Origin: Campylobacterales bacterium
Lineage (GTDB): Bacteria; Campylobacterota; Campylobacteria; Campylobacterales; QNZT01
DNA: 48,077 nt
Reading direction: 5' to 3'
Assembly (NCBI GenBank): GCA_027055005.1
Contig: JALUNR010000025.1
Span: forward strand, 1 to 48,077
The notes under the pieces were generated by a model. It saw nothing but the letters and a program-made list of their open reading frames with translations. It made no database searches and was not told where the DNA came from. Shown piece after piece: positions 34,476-44,027 of the stretch. Each line of letters opens with the position of its first letter. Within the stretch, counting starts at the first letter, position 1. Both the position numbers and the translations under genes were made by a program.

Positions 34476-35820
34476 TTTTGCGGATAGTATAGTTGCTATT
34501 GCTACTCCTTGTGGTAGTGGGGGGATATCAATAGTAAGGTTAAGTGGAAGTAATTCACTTAATATTGCAAAAAAATTAACAAAAAAAGATAACTTACAGG
34601 CAAGATTTGCTCATCTTTGTTTCTTAAAAGACAGTCAAAATGAAGTTATAGATGAAGCAATTGTGATTTATTTTAAAAATCCTCATAGTTTTACTGGTGA
34701 AGATGTTGTAGAGTTTCAAACTCATGGTGGGAATATGGTTGCATCTATGATAGTGGAAGAGTGCATAAATAATGGTGCAAGATTAGCAAATCCTGGAGAA
34801 TTTAGTAAAAGAGCTTTTTTAAACGATAAAATGGATTTAACTAAAGCAGAAGCTATAACTGCTTTGATAGATGCAAAAAGTAAAGAGGCAGTAAAACTTC
34901 TTTCCAAGCAATTAAAAGGTGAACTTAAAGACTTTGTAGAAGAAATAAGAGATGAACTTGTTGAAATATTGGCTTTTATTGAGGTAAATATAGATTATGC
35001 AGAAGAAGATTTACCAAAGGATTTAGAAAATCAGATACTACAAAAACTCAATAATATACAAGAGAAATTATCTCAAACCCTGATTTCTAGTTCTCTTAGA
35101 GAGGGGATGATAGATGGATATAAAATTTCCATTATAGGTAAACCAAATGTAGGGAAAAGTACAATTTTAAATAAACTTTTAAGCTTTGATAGGGCTATCA
35201 TCAGTGATATTGCTGGAACTACAAGAGATACTATTGAAGAGAGTTTAAGAATAGGAGCTCATTTGGTTAAAATTGTAGATACTGCTGGGATTAGAGAGAG
35301 TAGTGAAGAGATAGAGAAAATAGGGATACAAAGAAGTATAAAAAGTTCATATGAAAGCGATATAATTCTGGCTGTATTTGATCTTAGTCGTCCACTCGAT
35401 GATGAGGATGGAAAGATAATCTCTTTATTAAAAGAGTTGCAAGATAAAGATATAATTATTATTTACAATAAAAAAGATAAAGATAGTGGTGATTTTGATA
35501 AAAAAAAGTTAAAAGATTTTAAAAGTTTACTTTTTAGCAAAGAACAATCCATAGAGGAGATAGTTAAGAGTATAAAAGCTATCTTAGATAAAAATAATTT
35601 TGATGATGGATTAGTTCTTATTTCTAAAAGACAAGTAGATGCAGTAAAAGTAGCAAATAAAGCTATAAAAGAGTCTATATCTAACTTAGAGATAGAAGAA
35701 TTAGAACTTTTTGCCTATAATATAAATGATGCTATAACTGCAATTTCATCAATAACAAAGAGTTTTGATAGAGATGAAATATTAGATAAAATGTTTGGTA
35801 GTTTTTGTTTAGGTAAATAG
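34459..35820 (+). CDS. mnmE: tRNA modification GTPase MnmE
   Basis: 453 aa. N-terminal AIATP motif, G1 GKPNVGKST, DTAGIRE and the C-terminal CLGK motif are all present. Confidence 0.9.
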   Translation: MSIENNFADSIVAIATPCGSGGISIVRLSGSNSLNIAKKLTKKDNLQARFAHLCFLKDSQNEVIDEAIVIYFKNPHSFTGEDVVEFQTHGGNMVASMIVEECINNGARLANPGEFSKRAFLNDKMDLTKAEAITALIDAKSKEAVKLLSKQLKGELKDFVEEIRDELVEILAFIEVNIDYAEEDLPKDLENQILQKLNNIQEKLSQTLISSSLREGMIDGYKISIIGKPNVGKSTILNKLLSFDRAIISDIAGTTRDTIEESLRIGAHLVKIVDTAGIRESSEEIEKIGIQRSIKSSYESDIILAVFDLSRPLDDEDGKIISLLKELQDKDIIIIYNKKDKDSGDFDKKKLKDFKSLLFSKEQSIEEIVKSIKAILDKNNFDDGLVLISKRQVDAVKVANKAIKESISNLEIEELELFAYNINDAITAISSITKSFDRDEILDKMFGSFCLGK

Positions 35821-35849
35821 TATAATTACAAAAAAATTAGGTAGGAAAA

Positions 35850-38420
35850 TTGAGACAACAATACATATCATATGATGAAACAATAGCATTTTTAAAAAAT
35901 GCCCAGAAAAAATACCCCAATTTTATAAAGCTAGAGAGTATTGGTAAAAGTTATGAGCAAAGGGATATTTACCTTGTAACTCTAAGTTTTGATGTCCAAA
36001 ATGCAAATAAAAAACCAGCTCTTTTATATACTGGAACTATTCATGCAAGAGAGTGGATAGGAATAGAACTTGCAGTTGCTTTTATAAAAAAATATCTTCA
36101 AGATAAAGATTTTGATCCTAGACTTGAAGCCATATTTAAAACTACAACTATGTATATAGTTCCTTGTTTAAATCCTGATGGATTTGAATACAGTAGAAAT
36201 CACTTCTCTTTTTGGAGAAAAAATAGAAGAAAAAATGCAGATGGAACAATAGGTGTTGATTTAAATAGAAACTTTAGTATTGAGTGGCCAAGAAGTAAAA
36301 ATACATCTTCAAATGTATATGGAGGTTCAGCTCCTTTTAGTGAAAGTGAAACTATGTCTATAAAAAACTTTGTTGATTCTCATCCAAATATAACTATTGC
36401 TCTTGATTATCACTCTCAAGGAAATGTTTTTTTTCCTTCTCATGATTTTAGGCATGAAGATACAATAGATACTACTGATATGAATGTTCTATGTGCAAAT
36501 ATGGCAAGCGAGATATATAAAGTAAGTGGACGAAAATATGGTATAGATCAAGGAAAACCACCTGCTAGTTTGATAGGTGGAAGTGGTAGAGAATACTACT
36601 ACTCAAAAGGAATACTAGCCACTGTTGTAGAAGTTGGTACTAGAAATATAAGCGATTACGAAGATGATATGAGTGAACATATAAGTGAGCATATACCAGC
36701 GATTTTAAAAGCTCTTGAAGAAGTTCCAAATTATTCAAAACAAAATAAATTAAAAAGAGTTCAAAATTTCCAGATAAAAAGTTTAAATTCAAAAGAAGTT
36801 ACTTTAAAATGGGAGTATGATTGTGATAAAAATACTTATTTTGAAATATATAGAAACATAAAGGATAAACAAGCATGTCTTAGAAGAACTCTTATCACAA
36901 CAACTAAGTCAAAAACTTACACAGATACTACAGTTGAGAGTTCCACAAACTATTTTTATTATATAAGGGCAGTAGATAAGTCAAGTAGATTAAAATCTCC
37001 TTTTGCTCCTCGAATTGAACTTAAAACTGCTCCAGCTAGAGATGAGTTTTTTAAAACTTTATATGCTTTGCAAAAAGATAGTGGATATCTATCAAATATT
37101 TCTAAGAAAAATAGAGAGCATTTTGGTAAAAATTCTCTTTTTGTTGGAGTTAGTAAATCAAAAGGTATATGTGAAAGTTTGATAAGTTTTTCTTTTAGTT
37201 CTACTCCTGATAATGCTATTTTAAAAAAATCAAAATTTCACTTTTATCCAATAAATAGAGTTTCTGTAAAAATAGAAAAGTTTGGTGAATGGAATATAGG
37301 ATTAATAAGAGATAATCTTGATTCTATCTATGATTTTAATGATGTTGCAGATGCAAAAATAAAAGATATTGGTAAAGCAATCTCATCAAATGAGTTAGCT
37401 CAAGGTATATGGCAAGATTGGGAACTTAGTGAGTATCAAGCAAAATATTTGGAAAAAGACATAGATAAAAATATAGTTAGATTTAAAGCATTTGGTCCTA
37501 AAACTTTAAAAATAGGCAGAGAATCTCAAGTGATGCAGTGGGATTTGGGATATGGAAAGTTTGGATTTGGGCTTAATTTTCGACCAAAGTTAGATATAGT
37601 TTATACCTTACCACCTATTGAGTTGAAAATAAATCCATATAAAGTGATATCTATTTCCAAAGATGAAATCTTTGATAAGCAGATAGTTTGTGGATTTGAT
37701 AAAAATGCAAATAAAATATATAGCTACATAGAGTTTGACCTTTCTCCTTTGCCTACAAAAAGAAATCATATTATAACATTGGGTTTTATTAAGTTATATC
37801 TAAAAGAGTTAAATTCAAAAGAAAATCTTAGATTTCATATACATATGGTTGATGCTTTAAAAACTATAAATTTAAAAACTATAAAAAGTGCTACTAACAT
37901 AGAAAAAATAGGATATGATAAAAGTGTAATAGATATAAAACAAGATGATGATTTAGAATTTATATTTGATAGTTATTCTATTGAACAATTAGAAGAAAGA
38001 TGGGATAAAAAAATAGCATTTATCATAATCCCAACTTATCACAAACAATTAACAAAAAATGCTTATGTAACTTGGAAGTTTAAAAAACAAGGCAATAGCT
38101 CAAATCTAAGTATCCATTATATTAAAAAAAGAAGAACACATTTACCAGAGGTTACAAATCCAAAATTTTCTTATGAAAATGGTAAAATCAAACTATCATG
38201 GAAAAATCCAAAACATAAAGATTTTGTAGGTGTATATGTAGTAAAAAATCCTTTTAGAATCCCTAAAAATCCATTTGACGGACAAAAAGTATATGCTGGA
38301 AGTGATAATTTTACAATCGATACATTTGGAGCAACAGATATAAATAAATATTATACAATTTTTACTTATGACAATGTACCAAACTTTTCCAAAGGAGTAA
38401 GTGTAGAGTTTATGATTTAA
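35850..38420 (+). CDS. M14-family zinc carboxypeptidase with two FN3-like domains and an unassigned central region of about 370 aa; no signal peptide
   Basis: 856 aa with a TTG start; an in-frame TAG 12 nt upstream prevents extension. M14 motifs are HAREWIG (HxxE), NPDGFEYS, GVDLNRNF, DYHSQ and VVEVG. FN3-like segments lie at aa 303-393 and about 768-856. Confidence 0.8.
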   Translation: MRQQYISYDETIAFLKNAQKKYPNFIKLESIGKSYEQRDIYLVTLSFDVQNANKKPALLYTGTIHAREWIGIELAVAFIKKYLQDKDFDPRLEAIFKTTTMYIVPCLNPDGFEYSRNHFSFWRKNRRKNADGTIGVDLNRNFSIEWPRSKNTSSNVYGGSAPFSESETMSIKNFVDSHPNITIALDYHSQGNVFFPSHDFRHEDTIDTTDMNVLCANMASEIYKVSGRKYGIDQGKPPASLIGGSGREYYYSKGILATVVEVGTRNISDYEDDMSEHISEHIPAILKALEEVPNYSKQNKLKRVQNFQIKSLNSKEVTLKWEYDCDKNTYFEIYRNIKDKQACLRRTLITTTKSKTYTDTTVESSTNYFYYIRAVDKSSRLKSPFAPRIELKTAPARDEFFKTLYALQKDSGYLSNISKKNREHFGKNSLFVGVSKSKGICESLISFSFSSTPDNAILKKSKFHFYPINRVSVKIEKFGEWNIGLIRDNLDSIYDFNDVADAKIKDIGKAISSNELAQGIWQDWELSEYQAKYLEKDIDKNIVRFKAFGPKTLKIGRESQVMQWDLGYGKFGFGLNFRPKLDIVYTLPPIELKINPYKVISISKDEIFDKQIVCGFDKNANKIYSYIEFDLSPLPTKRNHIITLGFIKLYLKELNSKENLRFHIHMVDALKTINLKTIKSATNIEKIGYDKSVIDIKQDDDLEFIFDSYSIEQLEERWDKKIAFIIIPTYHKQLTKNAYVTWKFKKQGNSSNLSIHYIKKRRTHLPEVTNPKFSYENGKIKLSWKNPKHKDFVGVYVVKNPFRIPKNPFDGQKVYAGSDNFTIDTFGATDINKYYTIFTYDNVPNFSKGVSVEFMI

Positions 38421-39172
38421 ACTTTTAACTCACTTATTCCATCAATAAACTGCCTTATTATAGGGTCGTTTGTTGTTTTGAAAAATTCTGGTTTATTATC
38501 AGCTTTTATATGTTTGTTGTATAACATTATCATTTGATCTGCTATTTTAAAGCTTTCTTTTATGTCATGAGAAATAACAACAGAGGTGATACCTAATTCA
38601 TTTCTTAGTTTTACAATTAACCGACTTATAAGATCACTTGCTATCGGGTCTAATCCACTTGTTGGTTCATCATATAAAATAATCTCTGGATGTAGTATGG
38701 TAGTTCTAGCAATTGCTGCTCTTTTTTGCATACCACCACTTAATTCATGAGGATATAGGTGTAAAACATCATCAGGTTTCAATCCCACTAGTTCTAAACT
38801 CTCATTTACCTTTCTTTTTATCTGTTTTTGTGAAAGCTTTGTATGCTCTACTAGTGGAAAAGAAACATTTTCATAGATATTCATACTATCAAATAAAGCA
38901 CCAAATTGAAAAGCAAATCCAACCTTTTTTCTCAAATCTAGCAATTGTTTTTCATTACATTTTGGAACACTGATACCATTTACTAAAATATCCCCACTTG
39001 TAGGTTTTATAAGTCCTACTATATGTTTTATGATAGTTGACTTTCCACTTCCTGATGGTCCCATAACAACTGTTATATCTTTTTTTTTGATATTAAATGA
39101 TACATCTTCTAAAACACTTTTTTTACCAAAGCTTTTATAAACATGTTTAAATTCAATTACACTCAATGACAA
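38417..39172 (-). CDS. mlaF: ABC transporter ATP-binding protein, MlaF-like
   Basis: 251 aa. Walker A is GPSGSGKST, the signature is LSGGMQKR and Walker B is ILYDEPTSGLD. The MlaF-like tail is DPIIRQFIDGI. No permease or MCE gene is adjacent. Confidence 0.7.
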   Translation of the reverse strand: MSLSVIEFKHVYKSFGKKSVLEDVSFNIKKKDITVVMGPSGSGKSTIIKHIVGLIKPTSGDILVNGISVPKCNEKQLLDLRKKVGFAFQFGALFDSMNIYENVSFPLVEHTKLSQKQIKRKVNESLELVGLKPDDVLHLYPHELSGGMQKRAAIARTTILHPEIILYDEPTSGLDPIASDLISRLIVKLRNELGITSVVISHDIKESFKIADQMIMLYNKHIKADNKPEFFKTTNDPIIRQFIDGISELKV

Positions 39173-39965
39173 ATCCTCTATCCATTTTGGCTAAATCTTT
39201 ATAAAAATAAAAGTTGTTTAACCCTTTTTTGATAAAATACTCTCTTAACGGAGCTTTCTGATCATATCCTATTTCACAGATTAAATACTTAGGTTTTCTT
39301 ATTATAGCCAAATCAACTATATTTTTTAATATTTCATCTCCAACTTCCCCACCAAAGAGTGCATCTCGTGGCTCATATGTAAGATTTTTATCTATTTTAA
39401 AGCTATTTTTTATATAAGGTGGATTTGAAACAATTATATCAAATTTTTCATTTATACCATCAAGATAAGGAGTGTTTTTAACTATTATATCTTTTGCATC
39501 GAAGTCTAAAATATTTTTTTTAGCTATTTGTATAGCTTTTGGATTTATATCAGTTGCTATTATTTTTGCATTTAAAAGTTTTGATAAAATAATAGAAATT
39601 ATTCCACTTCCTATGCCAATTTCTGCTATTTTTGGATTTTTGGGTAAGTTTAATCTTAAAACTTCATCTATCAAAAGTTCAGTTTCAGGACGAGGAATAA
39701 GACAATCAAAATCTATAAAAAAATTCTCCCCATAAAAGCTAACATTTTTAGTTATATACTCCAAAGGAATCTCACAAGATCTTTGTTTTACTAATTCAAA
39801 ATACTTATCATCAACCAATTCATTTTCATGCAATAAAAGATAAGTGTTATCTTTTTGTAAAAAGTGGCACAGTAGAAGCCTTGCCTCTTTTTGTGGATTT
39901 TCTAAATTTGAGAGAGCTAAAGAGGCTTCTTTTATCGCCTCTTTAATATTATATTTTTTTTCCAA
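39153..39965 (-). CDS. prmC: Release factor glutamine N5-methyltransferase
   Basis: 270 aa. SAM motif EIGIGSG and catalytic NPPY (VSNPPYI) are present. Confidence 0.85.
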   Translation of the reverse strand: MEKKYNIKEAIKEASLALSNLENPQKEARLLLCHFLQKDNTYLLLHENELVDDKYFELVKQRSCEIPLEYITKNVSFYGENFFIDFDCLIPRPETELLIDEVLRLNLPKNPKIAEIGIGSGIISIILSKLLNAKIIATDINPKAIQIAKKNILDFDAKDIIVKNTPYLDGINEKFDIIVSNPPYIKNSFKIDKNLTYEPRDALFGGEVGDEILKNIVDLAIIRKPKYLICEIGYDQKAPLREYFIKKGLNNFYFYKDLAKMDRGFVIECN

Positions 39966-41148
39966 GTCTTTTAAGTCTTTCTACAAGTGGTGGATGAGTA
40001 AAGTAGAAAAATATATACACAGGATGAGATTTTGGAAATGATTTATTTTCATTTGCCAATTTTTCTAGTGCATTAGCTAGTGCCACTTCATTTTCACACT
40101 CTGCTCCATATTCATCAGCTGCATATTCATTTGCTCTACTTACTATTCCAAAAATAGGCATAAATAAAAATGATAAAATAGGAGAAAAAAGTAAAAATAT
40201 AGCTATAATAGAATAAGGCTCTTTTATAATACCAAAGCTATTAAAAATTTCAATGGGTAAGTTTCCAAAGATAAAAAACATTAAAAACATAAGTCCCCCC
40301 ATCATAAAAATATTTTTAAATATATCTTTATGTTTAAAATGTCCTAACTCATGTCCCAAAACAGCTAAAAGTTCATTTTTATTTAATTTTTGGATTAAAG
40401 TATCATATAAAACTACTCTTTTTGATTTTCCAAGTCCACCAAAATAAGCATTTAGACGATTATCTCTTTTACTAGCATCTATGGTAAAAACTCCACTTGC
40501 TTTAAGTCCAGCATATTTTAAAAGATTTTCAATAGAATTTTTTAAATCTTCATCTTTTAAAATTTCAAACTTATTAAATATTGGAGCTATTAAAGTAGGA
40601 TAAATCATATTGATAAATAAGATTAAGATAAATATCAATCCAAATCCATAAAGCCACCAATTTTCAAATTTTTGGATGATAAGTGCTATAAGATATATAA
40701 CTCCTCCACCAAATATAGCTGTAAGAAGTATAGATTTTATATTGTCAGTTAGATATAATTTTAAGTCTATATTTGAAAAGCCAAATTTCTTATCTAAATA
40801 AAAACTTTTATAGATATCAAAGGGAAGTGAAACAAGATAATTTATTCCTAAAAAAGTTAAAATATAAATCACACTTTTTATGGATATATTATTGATAGAT
40901 ATAATATTTTCTAGCCATCTAAGACCAAATCCTATCCAAAACAAAAACATAAAGTAATCAACCAAATCACTTAAAATACTCATTCTTTCACTAGCTATTT
41001 TATATTTAGCTGCTTTTATATAATTTGATGGTAAAAGTATAACTGGAGTTTCACTTTTTTCTTTTGAAACATATCCTATTTCCATTACTGAAATATATAT
41101 CTTTAGTAGGATATATAAAAAGTATATTATTCCTATTGTTAGTAGCAT
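39949..41148 (-). CDS. M48-family (Ste24-like) integral membrane zinc metallopeptidase
   Basis: 399 aa with multiple TM segments. The HELGHFKH (HExxH) motif and a downstream E in NEYAADEYG are present. Confidence 0.8.
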   Translation of the reverse strand: MLLTIGIIYFLYILLKIYISVMEIGYVSKEKSETPVILLPSNYIKAAKYKIASERMSILSDLVDYFMFLFWIGFGLRWLENIISINNISIKSVIYILTFLGINYLVSLPFDIYKSFYLDKKFGFSNIDLKLYLTDNIKSILLTAIFGGGVIYLIALIIQKFENWWLYGFGLIFILILFINMIYPTLIAPIFNKFEILKDEDLKNSIENLLKYAGLKASGVFTIDASKRDNRLNAYFGGLGKSKRVVLYDTLIQKLNKNELLAVLGHELGHFKHKDIFKNIFMMGGLMFLMFFIFGNLPIEIFNSFGIIKEPYSIIAIFLLFSPILSFLFMPIFGIVSRANEYAADEYGAECENEVALANALEKLANENKSFPKSHPVYIFFYFTHPPLVERLKRLGKKI

Positions 41149-42824
41149 TATTTTAAAACCTCTTTTAACATTTTCTCAAAAACCTTTGGTTTTTTATATC
41201 CTATTATATTTTTACTAACAAGTAGTTTTCCATCTTTAAAAAATAGTATTGCTGGTGGTCCTACAAGTTTAAATCTATCAAGTAATCTTTTATCTTTATT
41301 AGTATTGTTGGTTATATCAACTCTTAAAAGTTTAAATCTTTTCATAAGTTCAACCACTTTTTTATCTCTAAAAGTTATCTCTTCAAGCTCTTTACAAGAA
41401 ACACACCACTTAGCCGTGAAATCAACCAGCACTGGCTTACGAGAGTTTTTTACCACTTCATCTAATTTCTTCTCATCTACATACTCAAAAGTTAAACTAC
41501 TTTTACTTACTTCAAAAGGTTTTAGTGGATTTGTAGCTCCCATCATTGCTCCATAAAATAAAACTCCACTTATTAACAAAAATATCACTGATGGTACAAC
41601 AAAAACTTTTTTTACTAATCCTATTAAGCCCATTAAGATAAAAAATCCAGCCCAAATATACATCATAATATGAGGTTCAACTATCCTATCTATCATCCAA
41701 AGAGCTATTAAAAGCATTATAACACCAAAAATTTGTGAAACTTTACTCATCCATCCCCCTGGTTTTGGCATAAATTTTCCAGCTCCAGCTCCCACTAAAA
41801 GAAGAGGCATTCCCATACCAATACTCATAACAAACAAAGCAATACCACCTATAAAAGCATCGCCCGTTTGTCCTATATAAACCAAAGCTCCAGCAAGGGC
41901 AGGGGCAACACAAGGACCAACTATCAAAGCAGATAAAAATCCCATAATAGCTACACCGATAAGTCCACCTCTATTTCCAGCTTGATTTGATTTTGCATTT
42001 AGTTTGTTTTGTAAGGATTGTGGAAGTTCTATCGCATAATAACCAAACATAGAAAATGCCAGCGCCACAAAGATAAGAGCAAAAGATATAATTATAATAG
42101 GATTTTGCATCATAGCTTGTATATTAAACTGTGATCCAAAAAGTCCAGCTAATATACCAGCTATTGTATAAGCTACACTCATAGAAAGAATATAAACTAA
42201 AGATAATCCTATTCCTTTTAATGGTGTCATCTCTTTTTCTTTTGAAGAGGATACTATGATAGAGGATAGTATAGGAATCATTGGAAATATACAAGGAGTT
42301 AAGGCTAAAAGTAATCCAAACCCAAAAAACATTGCCACTATACTAAATAATGAACCATGTTTTAAAGTGTCAACTATTTTTCCTTCTTCACTCATATCTT
42401 TTTTTATTTTTACTTTTTTACCAAGATTGGCTTTTAAAGCAAAAGTTTTAGAAAAGGGTGGATAACAAAGTCCTTTATCACTACAACCCATAAGTTCTAC
42501 TTTTAGGCTAAAGTTCTTTTGATTTATATTTTTAAGTGGGATTTTTATAGTAAGATTTTTGTTATAAACCATCATCCCCATACTATCTTTATGAGCTTTT
42601 GGTTTGATAGCAAACTTTGTCACATTTTCTTTTTTAGGTTTTGTAACTAAAAACTTGAACTCTTTTTTATATACATGAATATCTTTTGCCAACTTTATAT
42701 CTATAACTACATCTCTTTCAATAACCTTTGCATTTATACCAAATGCTTTATCAGCTGGCAAAAATTTATTTCCAAAAGAGAAAAGTGAACTTAAAAATAG
42801 GGTTAAAAAAAGTAAATATTTCAT
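41148..42824 (-). CDS. dsbD: Thiol:disulfide interchange protein DsbD
   Basis: 558 aa. It has a signal peptide, an N-terminal periplasmic domain, a TM core with TPCIFPMIP and GPCVAPAL, and a C-terminal thioredoxin fold with WCVSC. The junction with the M48 gene is a TAATG overlap. Confidence 0.9.
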   Translation of the reverse strand: MKYLLFLTLFLSSLFSFGNKFLPADKAFGINAKVIERDVVIDIKLAKDIHVYKKEFKFLVTKPKKENVTKFAIKPKAHKDSMGMMVYNKNLTIKIPLKNINQKNFSLKVELMGCSDKGLCYPPFSKTFALKANLGKKVKIKKDMSEEGKIVDTLKHGSLFSIVAMFFGFGLLLALTPCIFPMIPILSSIIVSSSKEKEMTPLKGIGLSLVYILSMSVAYTIAGILAGLFGSQFNIQAMMQNPIIIISFALIFVALAFSMFGYYAIELPQSLQNKLNAKSNQAGNRGGLIGVAIMGFLSALIVGPCVAPALAGALVYIGQTGDAFIGGIALFVMSIGMGMPLLLVGAGAGKFMPKPGGWMSKVSQIFGVIMLLIALWMIDRIVEPHIMMYIWAGFFILMGLIGLVKKVFVVPSVIFLLISGVLFYGAMMGATNPLKPFEVSKSSLTFEYVDEKKLDEVVKNSRKPVLVDFTAKWCVSCKELEEITFRDKKVVELMKRFKLLRVDITNNTNKDKRLLDRFKLVGPPAILFFKDGKLLVSKNIIGYKKPKVFEKMLKEVLK

Positions 42825-42881
42825 GAAAGTATCCTAAAAGTAGTTTTTTGTATTTTAGTTTTTTATGATTAATATGAAGTT

Positions 42882-42917
42882 AAAAAAAGTATAAAGCTAA
42901 AAAAACTTTATACTTTT
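42882..42917 (-). terminator. Candidate intrinsic terminator downstream of kbp (12-bp AT-rich stem, 9-nt loop, U-run)
   Basis: The minus strand reads AAAAGTATAAAG-TTTTTTTAG-CTTTATACTTTT-TTT. The stem arms are at 42885-42896 and 42906-42917. Confidence 0.45.
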
Positions 42918-42923
42918 AATTTT

Positions 42924-43367
42924 TTAATTAAATACTGATGGATCAAAATTTGGTATAACTATTGTTTGACCTGGATAGATTTTATCTGCATCTTTTATTA
43001 CTTCTTTGTTTGCAGCTACTATATCAGTGTATTTCGCACCATTTTTATAGTACATTTCAGCTATTTTCCAAAGAGTATCTCCTTTTTGGATAACATAAAG
43101 AGTTTCTTCTTTAGAATTTGTTAAATCACTTGTATCAACTTTACTAACACCTTCTATATTCCCTGCAATCAATGCAACTTTTGTAGCTGTTTCACTATCT
43201 TTTGCATCACCTTTTATTTTTACAGTATCTCCATCAACATCTACTTTAAGTCCATCAACAGGAGTGTCATCAAAACTACTCTCTATTTCACTTTTTACAG
43301 CTTCATTGTCATCACCTTCACCCAAAAGTTTTTTACCTGCATCTTTGATAAAATCAAAAAAACCCAT
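42924..43367 (-). CDS. kbp: BON plus LysM protein, homolog of the potassium-binding protein Kbp/YgaU
   Basis: 147 aa. It aligns end to end by eye with E. coli YgaU (MGFFDFIKDAGKKL..., BON segment, YVIQKGDTLWKIA...IYPGQTIVIP). Confidence 0.8.
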   Translation of the reverse strand: MGFFDFIKDAGKKLLGEGDDNEAVKSEIESSFDDTPVDGLKVDVDGDTVKIKGDAKDSETATKVALIAGNIEGVSKVDTSDLTNSKEETLYVIQKGDTLWKIAEMYYKNGAKYTDIVAANKEVIKDADKIYPGQTIVIPNFDPSVFN

Positions 43368-43460
43368 AACATCTCCTTAAATAATTTTTGAATATTTCTA
43401 AAAATTGAAAATTCTTCGATAAGATTATAGCATAATAATATTTTATATTACTTATTATCA

Positions 43461-43478
43461 AGAGAATATTTATTCTCT
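43461..43478. promoter_or_regulatory. 18-bp near-perfect palindrome (AGAGAATA-tt-TATTCTCT) over the -35 region of the purE promoter
   Basis: Read directly as two 8-bp arms with a 2-nt centre. It lies 19-36 nt upstream of a TATAAT at 43497-43502. Confidence 0.4.
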
Positions 43479-43496
43479 ATGTTAAATATTTTTAGA

Positions 43497-43502
43497 TATA
43501 AT
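43497..43502 (+). promoter_or_regulatory. Candidate -10 box (TATAAT) for purE
   Basis: TAGATATAAT lies 30 nt upstream of the TTG start at 43532. RBS GGAGTGG is present. Confidence 0.35.
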
Positions 43503-43531
43503 CTTATTAAACAGCATTTTGGAGTGGTAAG

Positions 43532-44026
43532 TTGAAGTTTGTATCTATTATTATAGGAAGTAAGAGTGATTATGAAGTAATGAGTGTATGTGCTAGGACA
43601 TTAGAAAAATTTAGTGTTTTGCATGAACTTATCATTTCTTCTGCTCATAGAAGTCCTGAAAGAACTAAAGAGTATATTATAAATGCAGAAAAAAAAGGTG
43701 CAAGAGTTTTTGTTGCTGCTGCTGGTATGGCGGCTCACTTAGCTGGTGCAGTTGCTTCAACTACTACAAAACCTGTTATAGGTGTTCCTATGAAAGGTGG
43801 TGCTATGGATGGAATGGATGCAATGCTTAGTACTGTACAAATGCCATCAGGTATGCCAGTAGCAACTGTTGCACTTGGAAAAGCAGGAGCTGTAAATGCT
43901 GCTTATCTTGCTATGCAAATCTTAGCTTTGGAAGACAAAGATTTGGAAGCAAAACTTCTTGAAGACAGGATTTTAAAATCAAAAAAAGTTGAGAGTGATT
44001 CTAAAGATATAGAGGTCCTTTTGTAA
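43532..44026 (+). CDS. purE: N5-carboxyaminoimidazole ribonucleotide mutase
   Basis: 164 aa. The IIGSKSD, SAHRSP and GVPM motifs are present. Confidence 0.9.
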   Translation: MKFVSIIIGSKSDYEVMSVCARTLEKFSVLHELIISSAHRSPERTKEYIINAEKKGARVFVAAAGMAAHLAGAVASTTTKPVIGVPMKGGAMDGMDAMLSTVQMPSGMPVATVALGKAGAVNAAYLAMQILALEDKDLEAKLLEDRILKSKKVESDSKDIEVLL

Positions 44027-44027
44027 T

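Noticed and set aside
31376-35820. I considered whether the rpmH-rnpA-yidD-yidC-jag-mnmE cluster marks the chromosomal origin (oriC).
   Set aside because: dnaA and dnaN are not in the window. I found only isolated imperfect DnaA-box-like strings (for example GTGGATAA at about 42462, inside dsbD) and no intergenic cluster. In Campylobacterota this cluster is not necessarily next to oriC.
43368-43531. I looked for a purine riboswitch upstream of purE.
   Set aside because: None of the conserved purine-aptamer core is present. The predicted 5' UTR after the TATAAT at 43497 is only about 25 nt.
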